Assembly (NCBI GenBank): GCA_027021705.1 | Contig: JALUTT010000116.1 | Coordinates: 1-29,958, forward strand | Direction: 5' to 3' | Length of the DNA: 29,958 nt | Source: Anaerolineae bacterium | GTDB lineage: Bacteria; Chloroflexota; Anaerolineae; S140-20 | Part shown: one piece after another, positions 16,439 to 26,053 of the stretch | Numbering within the stretch: position 1 is the stretch's first letter | How the letters are laid out: each line of letters begins with the position of its first letter | Program-made: the position numbers and the translations under genes | The notes under the pieces: generated by a model | Database searches by the model: none | What the model was told of the DNA's origin: nothing | What the model saw: the letters and a program-made list of their open reading frames with translations, nothing else

Positions 16439-17428
16439 TCAGGGGGTCAGCCGCTCTCCCAGGCCGAGGGCCAGGGCTCGCCGGTAGACCTCGGGCAGGA
16501 TGGCCGCGTACTCCCCCCAGATGCCCAGGGCGATGTAGACGATGACCTCGTCGGGGGATTCGCGGCCGGGCTTGCGTCCGGCGACGATCTCCGGCCACTC
16601 GGCGTGGAGGTCCTCCCGACCGAAACGGCCCTCCTGGGCCAGCACCTTCAGCTCGGGGATGCGGGGTCGGACGTAGCCCCAGTTGTCCACGACCACCTTG
16701 TCAGCCTCGGTGATGACGTCCAGGGCGACCTCCTGGTAGGAGCCGAGGCGGGCGACGAAGGCCCCCGGACGCAGCCAGGCCCGCTCCACCAGGGGCTGGT
16801 TGCCCGTGGTGACGGTGATGATGAGGTCCGAGGCCCGGACGGCCCGCTCTCGCTCGTCCAGGGGGACGGCCTCCACCGGCAGGCCCAGTTCGGCGCCCAG
16901 CTCGGCGGCGTAGGAGGCGGCCACCTCCGGCAGGATGTCCACGACGTAGGCCCGCTGTAGGGCGAAGCGGTGGGTGAGGGCCCGCAGGTGCATCCGGCCC
17001 AGCCCGCCCGCGCCGAAGATGGTGACGGTGTCGGCTCCGGGCCGGGCCAGGGTGGCAGCGGTCACGGTGGTCGAAGCGCCCGTCTTCAGGGCGGTGACCC
17101 AGCCGGCCTGCATGATGCAGACAGGCAGGCCCGTCTCGGCGTCGAAGAGGAGGACCACCGAGGAGGTAGCCGAGCGGCCAAACCGCTCCGGGTTGTCGGG
17201 GAAGAAGCTGAAGGTCTTGACGAAGGCCAGCGTCTCGCCGGCCATGTAGCCGGCGAAGGGCTTGATGAAGCCGGCGTCGCCCACGGGCATGTAGAACTTG
17301 TCGCCGACGACCCGGCCGGCCGCGTCGGCCCGGATCCCCTTCTCGGCCAGGTCCACCGCCTCGGCGACGCTCAACGTTCGTTGAACATCCGCATCCGTCA
17401 GGTAGAGGATAGAGTCAGGAACCGACAT
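16439..17428 (-). CDS. Ornithine cyclodeaminase / mu-crystallin family protein
   Basis: LFDAETGLP, VTALKTGA, IFGAGGLG, KPGRESPDE motifs. Confidence 0.9.
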   Translation of the reverse strand: MSVPDSILYLTDADVQRTLSVAEAVDLAEKGIRADAAGRVVGDKFYMPVGDAGFIKPFAGYMAGETLAFVKTFSFFPDNPERFGRSATSSVVLLFDAETGLPVCIMQAGWVTALKTGASTTVTAATLARPGADTVTIFGAGGLGRMHLRALTHRFALQRAYVVDILPEVAASYAAELGAELGLPVEAVPLDERERAVRASDLIITVTTGNQPLVERAWLRPGAFVARLGSYQEVALDVITEADKVVVDNWGYVRPRIPELKVLAQEGRFGREDLHAEWPEIVAGRKPGRESPDEVIVYIALGIWGEYAAILPEVYRRALALGLGERLTP

Positions 17429-17436
17429 AGGCCCCC

Positions 17437-17841
17437 CTACTCTGCAATCACCTCCGCAGGTGTTTTCCTTCCACGATACGTGCGGTCAAAATCTTGATCG
17501 AAGCTGACAATGCTCAAAGCATACTTTTCAGCCACCACATACTGATAGGCATCGTCAAAATCCAGTCGGAACTTCTGGGCAGCGTTAATCACCGCTTCCA
17601 TATCCCCAACCCTCAAGCCAACTACCGCTACCCCGGCCCGCTGCACCACATCCTCTAGGAATTCCCGAAAGACGCCGTGCAGTCCACGACGGAACAGCAG
17701 CAATCCGATGGAATGGACAGCAAAATCGGAGAGGAATAGATCAACCCTATCCGATGCCGATAACAAGGCACGGGCCTCATCAGCGTGCTCCTGGGCCAGG
17801 AGCACCTCGAGAACGATATTGGTGTCTATTAGCAGCCTCAC
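17437..17841 (-). CDS. PIN-domain (VapC-like) toxin
   Basis: GTG start overlapping the antitoxin stop (GTGA); LLIDTNIVLE, LDFDDAYQY, SFDQDFD. Confidence 0.9.
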   Translation of the reverse strand: MRLLIDTNIVLEVLLAQEHADEARALLSASDRVDLFLSDFAVHSIGLLLFRRGLHGVFREFLEDVVQRAGVAVVGLRVGDMEAVINAAQKFRLDFDDAYQYVVAEKYALSIVSFDQDFDRTYRGRKTPAEVIAE

Positions 17842-18050
17842 TTGGAAGCCCCTCTCCACTCTGCAATCTTGTGCTGGAGCTCCACGGAAGTATACTGTTC
17901 GCGCAGGTCCTTGAGCGTTCCTGCCCATCGGAAATTCGGTTTTCCTTTAGACCTCTGCCTTCGTCGTTCCAACAGGAAGTCTATGAACTCCGCTACCTCC
18001 TGTTGCAGCTCAGGCGGCAACTGTCTGACCATTTCCTCCAGGTTCTTCAT
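17838..18050 (-). CDS. Putative antitoxin, DUF2281-like
   Basis: LPPELQQEVAEFIDFL and FRWAGTLKDLREQYTSVELQH; GGGAGG RBS about 8 nt before ATG 18050; TATAAT at 18140-18135. Confidence 0.82.
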   Translation of the reverse strand: MKNLEEMVRQLPPELQQEVAEFIDFLLERRRQRSKGKPNFRWAGTLKDLREQYTSVELQHKIAEWRGASK

Positions 18051-18196
18051 AGCCACCTACCTCCCGTAGCAATGCGATCCCGAAAAGACGAACAACGAGC
18101 CTTAATCCTTTTTGGCAGAGCGCTCTTGATACAGATTATAACCTGGATGTGCTCCAAAAGTAAAGCAGATGGACGACCCCGTAAAACTGAGGTGGG

Positions 18197-19000
18197 CTAG
18201 AAGATCATCCCTTCCCCCCCCTTCTGCCGCATACGCTCGCCCAGGTAGACGAGGAGCATCTCCACGACGACGATGATGCTGGAGACGGCGTTGATGACGG
18301 GCAGGTTCTGAGGATAGCGCAGGGCCGACCAAACCCAGATGGGAAAGGTGACCTGGGAACCGATGACGAAGTGGGTGACGACAAAGGCGTCGAAGGACCA
18401 ACTGAAGGCGAAGATGCCGGCGGCGATGACGGCCGGCGCGATGATGGGCAGCGTTACCAGGCGGAAGGCGGTCAGCGGCCCCGCCCCCAGGTCCCGCGCC
18501 GCTTCCTCCAACGCCGGGTCGAACTGGTGCAGGCGGGCGGCCACGATCACGGCCACCAACGGCACGTCGAAGCTGATGTGGCTCAAGATGACGGTGAACA
18601 TCGAGAGGGGCAGGCCCAGCCAGTTGAAGAAGAGGAGCAGGGCGATCCCCAGCAGCAGCCAGGGCATCACGAAGGGGATGGCAATGTACCCGGTGAAAAG
18701 GGTGCGCCCCCGGTAGCGGTAGCGGGCCATTCCGTTGGCGGCCATCACCCCCAGCACCAGGCTGACCGGCGTGACGATGGCAGCCACCCAGAAGGAGTTC
18801 CACAGGGCCTCCAGCAGGTCCTCCCGGCTCAGCACCTTCTCGTACCAGCGGAGGGTGAAGCCGCTCCAGGGCAGGCTCATAATGGTCGAGTCGTTGAAGG
18901 AGAAGATGATGAGCAAGACGATGGGCAGGTAGATGAGCAGCAGGATCACCGCCGCTGTGTAGAGCCCCAACCAGAACCGCCCTTCGCGCAGTCGCTTCAT
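18197..19000 (-). CDS. Polyamine ABC transporter permease (PotC-like)
   Basis: YLPIVLLIIFSFN, GFTLRWY, LEEAARDLGA, FSWSFD. Confidence 0.92.
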   Translation of the reverse strand: MKRLREGRFWLGLYTAAVILLLIYLPIVLLIIFSFNDSTIMSLPWSGFTLRWYEKVLSREDLLEALWNSFWVAAIVTPVSLVLGVMAANGMARYRYRGRTLFTGYIAIPFVMPWLLLGIALLLFFNWLGLPLSMFTVILSHISFDVPLVAVIVAARLHQFDPALEEAARDLGAGPLTAFRLVTLPIIAPAVIAAGIFAFSWSFDAFVVTHFVIGSQVTFPIWVWSALRYPQNLPVINAVSSIIVVVEMLLVYLGERMRQKGGEGMIF

Positions 19001-19013
19001 CGGCCCCTCCCCG

Positions 19014-19907
19014 TCACATCAGCTCCTCGACGCCGGCTACCTTGATGACGATGGCCACCAGCAGGATGGTGACGAAGAGCAACACGAATCCGATGGCCGC
19101 GCCCAAGCCCCAGTTGCCGGCCGAGAGGAATTGGGACTCGATGACGTTGCCCAGCATGTAGCCGCCGGGCCCCCCGACGATGGCCGGCACGGCGAACTCC
19201 CCCAGCATCGGGATGTAGACGAGCACGAAGGAGGCGAAGAGCCCCGGCACGCTGAGGGGCAGCAGGATGTGGCGGAAGACCCCCCACCGCCCCGCTCCCA
19301 GGTCCCGCGCCGCCTCCAGCACCTCCGGCGCGATCCCCTTCAGGGCGACGTAGATGGGGATCACCACATAGGGAAGCCACTCGTGGATGAGGACGATGAC
19401 CACCGCCGTCCGGCTGTAGAGCAGGAAGCGGAGGGGTTCGTCTATCAGCCCCAGCCCCATCAGCAGGCTGTTGATGATGCCGGCCCGCCCCAGCACGATC
19501 TTCCAGGCGTAGATGCGCACCAGGTAGTTGATCTCCACGGGGATGATCAGCAGGTAGATGACGAGGGCATCGTACCCCCGGGCCACGCGGGCCAGGAAGT
19601 AGGCAATGGGGTAGCCCACGATCACCAGCCCCGCCATCGCGCCGGTTGCGGTGACGAAGGTGTTGAAGAGCACCCGCCGGTGGATAGGGCTGGTCAAGAA
19701 GGCCCGGTAATTGGCCAGGGTGAAGGCCGGTTCCAGCGTCATGAAGCCGGACTTCCAGAAGCTCATCACCAGGAGGATGGCCATCGGCGCGTAGAAGAGG
19801 AGCAACAGGTAGATGAAGGGCGGGAAGACGTTGAGCGTCAACCCCAGGTATCGCTGCACCGTCCTGCGCCAGCGGTCCTGCTCCTGGGCCACTGCGAGCG
19901 TCGTCAT
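19014..19907 (-). CDS. Polyamine ABC transporter permease (PotB-like)
   Basis: GYPIAY, NYLVRIYAW, GIINSLL, LEAARDLGA; ATG 19907 overlaps the upstream TGA. Confidence 0.92.
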   Translation of the reverse strand: MTTLAVAQEQDRWRRTVQRYLGLTLNVFPPFIYLLLLFYAPMAILLVMSFWKSGFMTLEPAFTLANYRAFLTSPIHRRVLFNTFVTATGAMAGLVIVGYPIAYFLARVARGYDALVIYLLIIPVEINYLVRIYAWKIVLGRAGIINSLLMGLGLIDEPLRFLLYSRTAVVIVLIHEWLPYVVIPIYVALKGIAPEVLEAARDLGAGRWGVFRHILLPLSVPGLFASFVLVYIPMLGEFAVPAIVGGPGGYMLGNVIESQFLSAGNWGLGAAIGFVLLFVTILLVAIVIKVAGVEELM

Positions 19908-21310
19908 CAGGCCACTCCTCTGCCCTGCTCCCGGGAGACCTCGGCGACGGCCTCTTCGATGAGGTCGCACCCCCGGCGGAAGAGGTCGGGGGGCATGTTG
20001 AGGGCCGGCAGCAGCCGGATCCACCAGAGCCCCGCCTCGTGGATGGCGATCAGCCCTTTGGCGAGGAGGCGGCGGTGGATGGCCCGGGTGAGGGTCGGTG
20101 CCGGTCGCTTGCTCTCCTTCTCTTCGACGAACTCCAGGGCGATGTAGACCCCCTTGATGCGCACGTCGCCGACGATCTCGTAGCGGTCCACCAGCGACGC
20201 CAGCCGCTCCTGGGCGATCTGCTCCAGGCGGGCGACGTTCTCCAGGACCCGCTCCCGCTCCATCGCTTCGATGCCGGCCAGGGCACCGGCACAGGCGGCC
20301 GGCTGCCAGGCGAAGGTGCCGCCCAGGTAGATCTCGTCGGAGGCGGTCATCACCGCATCGGTGCCCAGGACGGCGGCGATGGGCAGCGCCCCACCGGAGA
20401 GGGCCTTCGCCAGGGGCATCAGGTCCACCTCTACCCCCGGCCAGTGCTCGATGGCGAACATCTTCCCCGTCCGCCCAAAGCCGGTCTGGACCTCATCGTC
20501 CACCATCACCCAGCCGTACTTGCGCCCCATCTCGTGCAGCCCTTCGATCCAGCCGTGGGGGGGGATGTAGACGCCGTTCTCCCCCTGGATGGGCTCGTAG
20601 AGGACGCCGGCGATCTGGTCGGGCGTGGTTTCGTAGCGCAGCACCACGTCCTCGATGTAGTCCAGGCAGGCCAGGCCACAGGCCGGGTAGGTCTGTCGGA
20701 AGGGGCAGCGATAGCAGGTGGGATAGGGGACGTGGATGAAGCCGTGGATGTATTCCTTGATGCCCCGGGTGACGTCGGGGGAGAGGGGGCCGGCACCGGC
20801 CGCTCCATAGTTGCCCCCGTGGAAGGAGCCGTGGAAGGTGATGACGAAGTAGCGGCCCGTCTTCTCCCGCGCCAGCCGCAGGGCGGCCTCCACCGCCTCC
20901 GTTCCCGTCGTGTCCGGGGCCACCCGCGTCAGGTTCGGCGGCGAGATCTCCACCAGCTTCTCCGCCAGGTCGAAGAGGTGGACGTCGGTCACGTAGTCGG
21001 TGCACTCGACGCCTCCGCTCTCCCGCAGCACCTCGATGGTCCGCTCGATAACGGACTCGTAGCCGGCCCCCAGCGGTGTCGAAGCCCAGCCCGTCGCCAT
21101 ATCAATGTACCGGTTGCCATCCACATCCTCGATGAGCCAGCCCCGCTTGCGCCGCATAATGAGGGGCACATCCTTGTCGGTGTACCAGGCGGCGAAGAAG
21201 AGCCGTTTCTCCCGCTCCATGTAGGCCCGGCTCTTCGGCCCCGGCGGAGGAGTTACGATGCGGGGTTCGATGGCCGTCCGTTGGTGCTCGCTCTCCCTCG
21301 ATGGGCTCAT
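19907..21310 (-). CDS. Class III aminotransferase, 4-aminobutyrate aminotransferase-like
   Basis: DVDGNRYID, GTEAVEAA, SFHG, EPIQGENG, DEVQTGFGRTG, AKALSGG, GGTF. Confidence 0.9.
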   Translation of the reverse strand: MSPSRESEHQRTAIEPRIVTPPPGPKSRAYMEREKRLFFAAWYTDKDVPLIMRRKRGWLIEDVDGNRYIDMATGWASTPLGAGYESVIERTIEVLRESGGVECTDYVTDVHLFDLAEKLVEISPPNLTRVAPDTTGTEAVEAALRLAREKTGRYFVITFHGSFHGGNYGAAGAGPLSPDVTRGIKEYIHGFIHVPYPTCYRCPFRQTYPACGLACLDYIEDVVLRYETTPDQIAGVLYEPIQGENGVYIPPHGWIEGLHEMGRKYGWVMVDDEVQTGFGRTGKMFAIEHWPGVEVDLMPLAKALSGGALPIAAVLGTDAVMTASDEIYLGGTFAWQPAACAGALAGIEAMERERVLENVARLEQIAQERLASLVDRYEIVGDVRIKGVYIALEFVEEKESKRPAPTLTRAIHRRLLAKGLIAIHEAGLWWIRLLPALNMPPDLFRRGCDLIEEAVAEVSREQGRGVA

Positions 21311-21316
21311 CGGTCC

Positions 21317-22429
21317 TCACTCCGTCAGGATCAGGCTGCGTTCGGGACGCCAGTAAACCCAGACGCGGTCGTCCCAGGTGATGGTCCAGATTTCGTCTTC
21401 CCGGCTGATGTTCTGGGCGAAGACGCGCACCCGGTGACCGTTCTTCAGCCGGACGATGAACTCGGTGCTGACGCCCAGGTAGATGAGGTCCTCGACAACC
21501 CCCTCGACGGCGTTGTAGCCGGGGTCGGTGGGGCGCCGTCGGGCGATGCGCACCTTTTCGGGTCGGACGGAGACGGTAACGGAGGCGCCGACCGTCACCG
21601 GGCGGGTCGGAACCCCCCAGACCTCCATCAGGCCGGGCACATCCACCCGTGCCCGGTCGCCGGCCACCTCCACCACCTTCCCCTCGAAGAGGTTGGTGTT
21701 GCCGATGAAATGGGCGACGAAGCGGTTGACCGGGTGCTCGTAGATCATCTTGGGATCGCCGATCTGGAGGATGCGCCCCTGGTCCATCACGGCGATGCGG
21801 TCGGCCATCGTCAGCGCCTCGCCCTGGTCGTGGGTAACGTAGATGAAGGTGATGCCGACCTCGTACTGGATGTTGACCAGCTCGAGCTGGAGCTGCTGGC
21901 GGATCTTCAGGTCCAGAGCCCCCAAGGGTTCGTCCAGCAGGAGCACCTGCGGGCGGGTGATGAGGGCCCGGATGAGGGCGACCCGCTGCTTCTCGCCGCC
22001 GGAGAGCTGGCGAGGGTACTTCTTCTCGTAGCCGGTGAGGTGGACCATCTCCAGGAGGCGGCCCACCTCCTGGCGGATCTTCGCCTCCGGCCAGCCCTGG
22101 CGGCGTGGTCCAAAGGCAACGTTCTCGAAGACGTTGAGATGGGGAAAGAGGGCGTAGTTCTGGAAGACGATGTTGACGTCTCGCTTCTCCGGCGGCCGGT
22201 AGGTGATCTGCTCTCCGCCCAGGTAGACCTCCCCGGCATCGGGCACCTCGAAGCCGCCGATGATGCGCAGGATCGTCGTCTTACCGCTGCCGCTGGGACC
22301 GAGGAGGGAGAAGAACTCGCCGGCCGCGACGGAGAAGGAGACGTCATCCACCGCCGTCAGCGTTCCAAATCGTTTGGTCAGGTGGCGTACTTCCAAACCG
22401 GGTGCCTGCTCGACCATCGCTCTCTCCAT
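21317..22429 (-). CDS. Polyamine ABC transporter ATP-binding protein (PotA-like)
   Basis: Walker [37 protein letters not shown]-like C-terminus. Confidence 0.95.
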   Translation of the reverse strand: MERAMVEQAPGLEVRHLTKRFGTLTAVDDVSFSVAAGEFFSLLGPSGSGKTTILRIIGGFEVPDAGEVYLGGEQITYRPPEKRDVNIVFQNYALFPHLNVFENVAFGPRRQGWPEAKIRQEVGRLLEMVHLTGYEKKYPRQLSGGEKQRVALIRALITRPQVLLLDEPLGALDLKIRQQLQLELVNIQYEVGITFIYVTHDQGEALTMADRIAVMDQGRILQIGDPKMIYEHPVNRFVAHFIGNTNLFEGKVVEVAGDRARVDVPGLMEVWGVPTRPVTVGASVTVSVRPEKVRIARRRPTDPGYNAVEGVVEDLIYLGVSTEFIVRLKNGHRVRVFAQNISREDEIWTITWDDRVWVYWRPERSLILTE

Positions 22430-22480
22430 CGGTGGGTGGCCGACACCGGGCTCTGATGCCGGGCACCCTTTGGGTTCAGC

Positions 22481-23680
22481 CTACGGCGCGGCCAGCACCT
22501 CTTCCCAAACCTGCAACCAGCGGTCGTAATCGGGAGGCGTGATCTCGACGTGGGCTTCCTGGACCGCTTCGGGACGATCCAGCCCGACCAGGGCGATCTC
22601 CTCATCGCTCAGCAGGTCCAGCACCTGCTGGTTGGCGACGAAGTACTCGAAGTCGGTGGCCTCGATGTACTGGAGGTCGGGGCTCAGGTAGTGGTTGAGC
22701 AGGGCGTGGGCGGCATAGGGCATCTTGGTGCCCTTCAGGATGCTGTAGCCGCAGACCCAGGAGAGAGCGCCTTCCTTGGGCGAGATGTACTCGACCGGGA
22801 CGCCTTCCTCCTCGCGCAGGGTGCGGGCGTCGGCGGTCCAGCCGAAGGAGATCCAGACGTCGCCCGACTTGAAGAGCTCCCGGATCTCGGTGTCCGACTC
22901 GAAGTAGTTGAGCAGGAGCGGCTTCTGCTGGATGAGGTACTCCTTGGCCTTCTGCAGTTGCTCCTCGGTCAGGTTGAAGGGGTCCTCGTAGCCCAGGGCC
23001 AGGGCCGCGACGGCGATGGCGTTGCGGGCGTAGTCCTGCATGGCGATGTGGCCGGCGTACTTGGGATTCCACAGGTCGTTCCAGGAAGTGGGGGGCGGGT
23101 CAATCTTGTCGGTGCGGTACATGATGCCCTCCAACCCGGCATCCACCGGCACCATCCAGACTTTCCCCTCGCCGGCCTGGATTTCCTTCATATCCCGGAA
23201 GAAGGGGAAGAGGTACTTCCAGCGGGGGATGAGGGAAGTGTCCACCGGCTCCAGCAGGTCCAGGTTCGTCAGGATGGGGATGTAGTCCACGCAAGGGTTG
23301 AGCACATCGGCCTTGTAGCCGCCACGCAGCTTGGCCACCGCCTCGTCCAACTCGCCATAGACGGCGGTGCGCAGTTTGACCTGGGGGTAGGTCTCCCGGT
23401 AGCCGTCCAGGAACTCATCGGTGACGGTCTCCTCGTAGCTGTAGACCAACAGTTCACCGGCCTCCACCCGGTCCGGCGGGAGGATGTCGGCCTCTCCCTC
23501 GGCGGGGGGCTCGGTCGGCGCCATCTCTTGCTCCTCAGGAGGCTGAGCGGGGGGTTGGGTGGGGGGTTGGGTAGGGGCCGCCGTGGGGGTCGCCTTTCCA
23601 CCGCAGGCCGTCAGCACCAGCCCACCGACCAGGAGCAACACGAGCAGCAGGGATCCGTAGGAGCGAATGAAACGTCTCAT
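22481..23680 (-). CDS. Polyamine ABC transporter substrate-binding lipoprotein (PotD/PotF-like)
   Basis: Lipobox LTAC; PTSWNDLW and PKEGALSW motifs; AGGAGGAGG RBS before ATG 23680. Confidence 0.9.
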   Translation of the reverse strand: MRRFIRSYGSLLLVLLLVGGLVLTACGGKATPTAAPTQPPTQPPAQPPEEQEMAPTEPPAEGEADILPPDRVEAGELLVYSYEETVTDEFLDGYRETYPQVKLRTAVYGELDEAVAKLRGGYKADVLNPCVDYIPILTNLDLLEPVDTSLIPRWKYLFPFFRDMKEIQAGEGKVWMVPVDAGLEGIMYRTDKIDPPPTSWNDLWNPKYAGHIAMQDYARNAIAVAALALGYEDPFNLTEEQLQKAKEYLIQQKPLLLNYFESDTEIRELFKSGDVWISFGWTADARTLREEEGVPVEYISPKEGALSWVCGYSILKGTKMPYAAHALLNHYLSPDLQYIEATDFEYFVANQQVLDLLSDEEIALVGLDRPEAVQEAHVEITPPDYDRWLQVWEEVLAAP

Positions 23681-23706
23681 AATCCTCCTCCTTGTGGATT
23701 CAACGT

Positions 23707-25035
23707 TTATCGCGCAAATTCGTCTGCGATCTTCAGGGCTTCGTCTACCACGGCCAGCCCCTCGGCGATCTGGTCGGCGGTGATGGGCAGGGGCGGGATG
23801 AGGAAGATCCAGTTCCACTTGTTGAAGGTGTAGAGGCCGTGCTCGCGCATGAAGCGGGTCAGCGCCGGCGTCGGCCCCAGCTCATCGGGTCGAGCGTTCC
23901 AGGGCACCAACGGCTCCCGCGTCTCCCGGTCCTTCACCAGCTCCAGCACCCAGAAGAGACCCAGGCCCCGCACGTCGCCCACACTGGGGTGACGGGCCTG
24001 GAGGTCGGCCAGCTCGTCGGCCATCACCCGCTCCATCTGCCGGGTGTGCTCCAGCAGCTTCTCCTCTTCGTAGACCTGGAGGGTGGCGATGGCGGCGGCG
24101 CAGGACATCGGATGGCTGCTGTAGGTGAGCCCGCTCCAGAACATGTGGTCCTCGAAGTAGTCGGCGATCCGCTCGGAGACAATGACCGCTCCCAGAGGGA
24201 GGTAGCCGGAGGTGATCCCCTTGGCCATCGTGATCATATCGGGCACGACGCCCCAGCGGTTGACGGCGAACCACTCGCCCGTGCGCCCGAAGCCGCTCAT
24301 CACTTCGTCGGCGATGAGCAGGATGCCGTAGCGGTCGCAGATCTCCCGCAGGCGGGGCCAGTAGTCGTCAGGGGGAACGATGATGCCGCTGGTGCCGGTC
24401 ACGCCTTCGATGAGGAGGGCAGCGACGTTCTCCGGCCCCTCGAATCGGATGATCTGCTCCACGTGGGCGATGCACTCCCGGTGGCAGCTCTCCGGCTCCT
24501 GGCCGAAGGGGCAGCGGTAGCAGTGGGGGTCCAGGATGTGGACGACGCCGGGAATGCCGGGCTCGACGGGGAGGCGGCGGGGGTCTCCGCTGGCGGTGAT
24601 GGCTCCATAGGTCGCGCCGTGATAGGAGCGGTAGCGGGTGATGATCTTCTGGCGGCCGGTGACCAGACGGGCGATCTTGATGGCGTTCTCGTTGGCGTCG
24701 GCCCCGCCCAGGGTGAAAAAGGTCTTCTTCAGGTCGCCCGGAGCGATCTCGGCCAGCCGGCGGCCCAACTCGCCCCGCACCTCCGTGGCGAAGGAGGGGG
24801 CGGCGTAGAGAAGCCGGTCCGCCTGCTCCTTGATGGCCTGGATCACCCGGGGATGGCTGTGGCCGATGTTGACGTTCATTAACTGGGAGGCGAAGTCCAG
24901 GTAACGCCGCCCCTCGGCGTCCCAGAAGTAGACGCCCTCGGCCCGCGCCATCGGGATGGGGTCCACCGTTCCCTGGACCGCCCAGGAGAAGAAGGTGTAC
25001 TCCCGGTTCAGTCGGACGATCTCCTGTGCGTTCAT
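23707..25035 (-). CDS. Class III aminotransferase (omega-amine/beta-alanine/taurine:pyruvate type)
   Basis: FFSWAVQ, YLDFASQLMNVNIGH, SYHGAT, DEVMSGFGRTG, AKGITSGYLPLG; GGAGG RBS before ATG 25035. Confidence 0.92.
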   Translation of the reverse strand: MNAQEIVRLNREYTFFSWAVQGTVDPIPMARAEGVYFWDAEGRRYLDFASQLMNVNIGHSHPRVIQAIKEQADRLLYAAPSFATEVRGELGRRLAEIAPGDLKKTFFTLGGADANENAIKIARLVTGRQKIITRYRSYHGATYGAITASGDPRRLPVEPGIPGVVHILDPHCYRCPFGQEPESCHRECIAHVEQIIRFEGPENVAALLIEGVTGTSGIIVPPDDYWPRLREICDRYGILLIADEVMSGFGRTGEWFAVNRWGVVPDMITMAKGITSGYLPLGAVIVSERIADYFEDHMFWSGLTYSSHPMSCAAAIATLQVYEEEKLLEHTRQMERVMADELADLQARHPSVGDVRGLGLFWVLELVKDRETREPLVPWNARPDELGPTPALTRFMREHGLYTFNKWNWIFLIPPLPITADQIAEGLAVVDEALKIADEFAR

Positions 25036-25127
25036 CGTTCCTCCTGTGGTGTGGAAAGACCGGGGGTGGGAGCCCGCGACCGATCGCTCGGTCCCGGGGC
25101 CCCACCCCAACCCCTTTCGGCCTGACC

Positions 25128-25661
25128 TCAGCCCTGTCGTCGCGGAACGTCCGTCTCCCGATCGTGCCCGTTCCGGGGCTCCCCCTCCGGCGACCCCCAG
25201 GAGTAGATCTCTTTCACGATCTTCAGGTAGATGAAGGTCTCCGTGTCGCGCACGCCCTCGACGCTGTAGAGGCGTTCGGTGAGGAAGCGGAGCAGGTGGT
25301 CGTTGTCCCGACAGACGACCTCCACCAGCAGGTCGTAGCTGCCGGTGCAGAGGACCAGGTAGATCACCTCGTCGAAGGCGGCTACCTGCTCGGCGATCTC
25401 CTCCAGGCGGTTGCCGTCGGCCTTAACACCGATGAGGGCCATCGTGGGATAGCCCATGAGGAGGGGGTTGGTGACGGCGACGATCTGGAGGACGCCTTCC
25501 TGCACCAAGCGGTGGAAGCGCTGGCGGACCATACCGGGGGAGACGCCAAGCCGCTGGGCGATCTGGGCGAAGGGCATCCGCCCATCCTCCTTCAGCGCGG
25601 CGATGATCTGGCGGTCCATTGCGTCAATCTTATTGGGGTCTGGGGGATTCTGAGGGCTCAT
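25128..25661 (-). CDS. Lrp/AsnC-family transcriptional regulator
   Basis: DAMDRQIIAALKEDGRMPFAQIAQRLGVS HTH; TGSYDL RAM domain; start codon uncertain. Confidence 0.9.
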   Translation of the reverse strand: MSPQNPPDPNKIDAMDRQIIAALKEDGRMPFAQIAQRLGVSPGMVRQRFHRLVQEGVLQIVAVTNPLLMGYPTMALIGVKADGNRLEEIAEQVAAFDEVIYLVLCTGSYDLLVEVVCRDNDHLLRFLTERLYSVEGVRDTETFIYLKIVKEIYSWGSPEGEPRNGHDRETDVPRRQG

Positions 25662-25776
25662 CGGGATCAGGGGGAAAGGTGCTCGGGAACCTGTCGGCGG
25701 CCGGCACGGTTGGCGGGGGCGAAGCAAGCCGGCCAGGTCGCGGTCACACGATGACGATTCCGCGATCCTGGCCGGT

Positions 25777-25805
25777 AGTTTACCACAAATCGGCACAAAA
25801 GTCAA
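25777..25805 (-). promoter_or_regulatory. Sigma70-type promoter for the Lrp/polyamine cluster
   Basis: TTGACT (25805-25800), 17 bp, TAAACT (25782-25777), with extended -10 TG. Confidence 0.65.
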
Positions 25806-25860
25806 GAGTTTCGTGCCGATTCGTCACAAAATCAGCTTTTTCAATACCGAATCGTCGGCG

Positions 25861-26045
25861 CGGTCAGGTGGTCAGGTGGTCGGGGGGGCGAGTGGTCAAG
25901 GGGTTGGGTGGTCGGCGGTCGGCCGCCGGCGGTCAGTCACACACCCCTCGGCCCTCGGTGCCTCGGCCCTTGACACCTCCCTTGACCGGCGGTTGGCCGC
26001 CAGCAGTGGGTCACACAGTCCTCGGTCCTCAATGCCTCAGCCTTT
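25861..26045. repeat. Mosaic of degenerate 7-8-mer tandem repeats
   Basis: GGTCAGGT-type 8-mers, GGTCGGC 7-mers and CCCTCGG/TCCTCAG 7-mers. Confidence 0.55.
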
Positions 26046-26053
26046 AGCGCTTC

